This document shows, piece by piece, positions 31,413-33,626 of a stretch of DNA of 33,626 bases; positions within the stretch are counted from its first letter, which is position 1, and every line of letters begins with the position of its first letter. The position numbers and the translations under genes were made by a program. The notes under the pieces are model-generated. The model had not been told where the DNA came from and did no database searches. It was given only the letters and a program-made list of their open reading frames with translations. The DNA is from a virus (Duplodnaviria; Caudoviricetes): IMG/VR virus record IMGVR_UViG_3300025381_000060, positions 1 through 33,626 of that record. One strand, 5' to 3'.

Positions 31413-33548
31413 TTATCTTGAAATGAACCAAGCATACGCATAGGCAGAAGTAGAACCACCTCCACTGGATGCTATTGTAATACCACCACTTGAATTTGTA
31501 ATGGTTATGTTTGATCCTGCCGTTAATGTTGAACTGGTGTAACCAGTTCCATTGCCTATGAGCAAAGCCCCATTTGATGGAGTTGTTGTTATGCCAGTTC
31601 CACCATTTGTGGTTGCCAAAGTACCAGCTAGAGTAATTGCTCCAGTAGTTCCTGTATTTGGGGTAAATCCTGTGGTTCCAGCACTAAAGCTAGTCACTCC
31701 ACCTGTGGATGCCGCCCACGTTGCAGTAGTACCGTTTGACGTTAATACATAACCACTGGTACCAATACCTAATCTTGTGGCACTGTTTGTACCATTCCCA
31801 ATGATCAAGTCACCAGTTGTGGTGATTGGAGATAGGTTATTGAAGCCTGCAGAAGCTGTAATGGCGTTTGTTCCACCATTGGCAATAGGTAAAGTACCAG
31901 TCACACCAGTGGTTAAAGGCAATCCTGTAGCATTGGTCAAAGTACCAGATGAAGGAGTTCCTAGTGCACCGTTATACAAAACAACTGCACCTGCTGACCC
32001 TGTGTTGACTGCCAAAGCTGTTGCAACACCTGTTCCAAGGCCACTTACACCAGTGGAAATGGGCAAGCCTGTGGCGTTAGTTAAAACTGCCGCAGAAGGC
32101 GTTCCAAGGTTGGGAGTCACCAAGGTAGGGCTAGTAGCCAAAACAACGACTGTGCCTGATCCTGTGGTCGAATAAGATGTTCCCCAAGCTGATCCTGTGG
32201 AGTTAGCTATACCAGCACTAGGATAAACCATTGAGCCACCACCAGTAGCGTTCAATGTGCCACCAGAGAAGGTCAAATTTGTACCAATTGTGACGTTGCT
32301 GAACCCACCTGAACCGTTTCCATAAAGGATTGAGGTTCCAGAAGTGGGAGGAGCGTAGTCTGTGCCTGAGGTGGCGGCACTTATCGCTGTGCCATTACCC
32401 TTCAAAAGCCCCGTAATCGTCGTAGAAAGCGTTATTGCAGGCGTCGTGGTGCTATTGGCTACCGTTCCTGCAAAACCGTTTGCAGACACCACAGAAACGG
32501 CTGTAACTGTACCTGTACCAGCGGCATTTGACCATGTTGGAGGACTTGCTCCATTACTTGTCAAAACTTGACCAGATGTACCAGCAGATGTAAAGGCAAA
32601 AGAAGTACCATTACCATACGCTACACCACCAGAAGTTGGAGATGCAGTGGAATTTGTACCACCTTGTGCGATTGGTAAGGTTCCGCTGGTTATCTGAGAT
32701 GCAGATATAGCTATGTTTGTGTTTGTAACGCTTGAAATCTGCCCATAAGCGTTTGTTGTGATGACAGGTACAGTAGATGCACTACCATATGTTCCAGCAG
32801 TTCCTACGGTCGCTAAAGCAATCGTACCAATAGTGGTGATTGTTCCACCTGTTAGGCCAGCACCAGCAGTGATTGAAGAAACCGTACCACCAGAAGGAGC
32901 AGTTCCACTAGAAGCTGAGGTCAATCTTCCATAAGCATCTACGGTGATGGTTGCGTAGTTATAGGTGCCTGCAGTTACAGCAGTTGTGGTCAAACCAATT
33001 GTGGGATTACCAGTCGAAGCATCGCCATTGGTAACAGCAATTTGACCAGAGGTTCCTGTGATGGTTTTGTAGCCTAAGGTGGTGCCATTGACTGAGAGAA
33101 GGCCAGTGCCTGAGACTGCGGCAAAGTTTGCCAGCACCCCACTCGTTGAAATTGTTGGATTACCACCTACTCCATTACCATTTGTAATTGATAAACCAGA
33201 ACCTGTGACCGTGATTGTTCTTGGTGTAATGGTTCCTGCACTTGTCTTGGCAATCACGCCAACACCAGATGCCTCTAAGGAACCAGAAGTACCATTCAAA
33301 TAAATTTGATAGCTTGACCCTGCTCCACCATCAGTCAATCCCAAACCTGTACCTGTGGTCAAATAACGTGATGAAGGCAAGGCAGGCGTAGCATTGACCG
33401 TCAAAAAGCTATATGTGCTCAGGTTTGAGGTAGCCTGAATAGCACCTGTCGTAGTCTGTACCGTCACCCCATTTTGGACAACAGGAACAGCCTCAGAGCC
33501 TGTTAGGGCACCTGCTACTGGTAATTGTGTAATCGTCACATTCGCCAC
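31413..33548 (-). CDS. long tail fibre/shaft protein
   Basis: GTG start after AAGGAG; ITQLP.A N-terminus; ITVDAYGRLTSAS, GTVSSI, GTLPIA.GGT and LGTPS...LTNATGLP repeats. Confidence 0.8.
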   Translation of the reverse strand: MANVTITQLPVAGALTGSEAVPVVQNGVTVQTTTGAIQATSNLSTYSFLTVNATPALPSSRYLTTGTGLGLTDGGAGSSYQIYLNGTSGSLEASGVGVIAKTSAGTITPRTITVTGSGLSITNGNGVGGNPTISTSGVLANFAAVSGTGLLSVNGTTLGYKTITGTSGQIAVTNGDASTGNPTIGLTTTAVTAGTYNYATITVDAYGRLTSASSGTAPSGGTVSSITAGAGLTGGTITTIGTIALATVGTAGTYGSASTVPVITTNAYGQISSVTNTNIAISASQITSGTLPIAQGGTNSTASPTSGGVAYGNGTSFAFTSAGTSGQVLTSNGASPPTWSNAAGTGTVTAVSVVSANGFAGTVANSTTTPAITLSTTITGLLKGNGTAISAATSGTDYAPPTSGTSILYGNGSGGFSNVTIGTNLTFSGGTLNATGGGSMVYPSAGIANSTGSAWGTSYSTTGSGTVVVLATSPTLVTPNLGTPSAAVLTNATGLPISTGVSGLGTGVATALAVNTGSAGAVVLYNGALGTPSSGTLTNATGLPLTTGVTGTLPIANGGTNAITASAGFNNLSPITTTGDLIIGNGTNSATRLGIGTSGYVLTSNGTTATWAASTGGVTSFSAGTTGFTPNTGTTGAITLAGTLATTNGGTGITTTPSNGALLIGNGTGYTSSTLTAGSNITITNSSGGITIASSGGGSTSAYAYAWFISR

Positions 33549-33549
33549 G

Positions 33550-33626
33550 TCAGGCTCCTTGTTTTTTGCGTTTAGCCCAAACTTCTTTCACAGCTAAAGA
33601 CACAGATTTTTTGTGTTCTTCAGAAG
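33550..33626 (-). CDS. 3' end of a probable homing-endonuclease-like (NUMOD3-type) gene, partial
   Basis: ...SEEHKKSVSLAVKEVWAKRKKQGA-stop; only 24 codons are visible. Confidence 0.45.
   Translation of the reverse strand, partial: SEEHKKSVSLAVKEVWAKRKKQGA

Noticed and set aside
31516-31533. Apparent trans target of the unit-3 loop (CCTGCCGTTAATGTTGAA versus CCTGCGTTAATGTTCAA)
   Set aside because: Only a 10-nt exact match deep in a coding region; such matches are expected by chance for a ~220-nt query against this window.
26538-33303. Many Pro-rich or His/Gln-rich + strand ORFs, and Val-rich alternative-frame minus ORFs
   Set aside because: Shadows of Gly/Thr/Ser codon runs in the real genes; they lack RBSs.
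1-33626. Prophage boundaries, integrase/att site, alternative genetic code
   Set aside because: No host genes or integrase seen; long genes are intact in the standard code and all three stop codons end genes.

Overview
A 33.6-kb segment of a tailed dsDNA phage genome, probably a short-tailed (podovirus-like) phage of a Gram-negative host; a freshwater betaproteobacterial host is inferred, not shown. A back-to-back promoter pair at ~5330-5410 splits it. Leftward are a Cro-like regulator, a DUF1376/YdaU-type replication initiator carrying the likely origin, a P-like helicase loader, a RuvC-like resolvase, a Ref-like HNH nuclease and small genes. Rightward are an RNA polymerase alpha-CTD-like protein, an SSB-like protein, an HTH protein, a PD-(D/E)XK nuclease and small genes. 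These converge at ~8890 with a long minus-strand late region: tail fibres, four Gly-rich adhesin-like paralogs, an expanded lysis cassette (spanins, GH19 endolysin), a GNAT/metallophosphoesterase/acidic-protein insert, adaptor and nozzle proteins, and four ejection-type proteins. No cI repressor, integrase, tRNA, CRISPR array or reverse transcriptase was seen. The most unusual signal is the switch region: no cI, but cro is flanked by a ~220-nt leader of three interlocking structured-RNA units (5108-5325) and a C4-antisense-like RNA (4810-4876) whose loop is complementary to the initiator gene's translation-initiation region. A palindromic operator recurs at four promoter regions. All calls come from reading motifs by eye; no searches were run.
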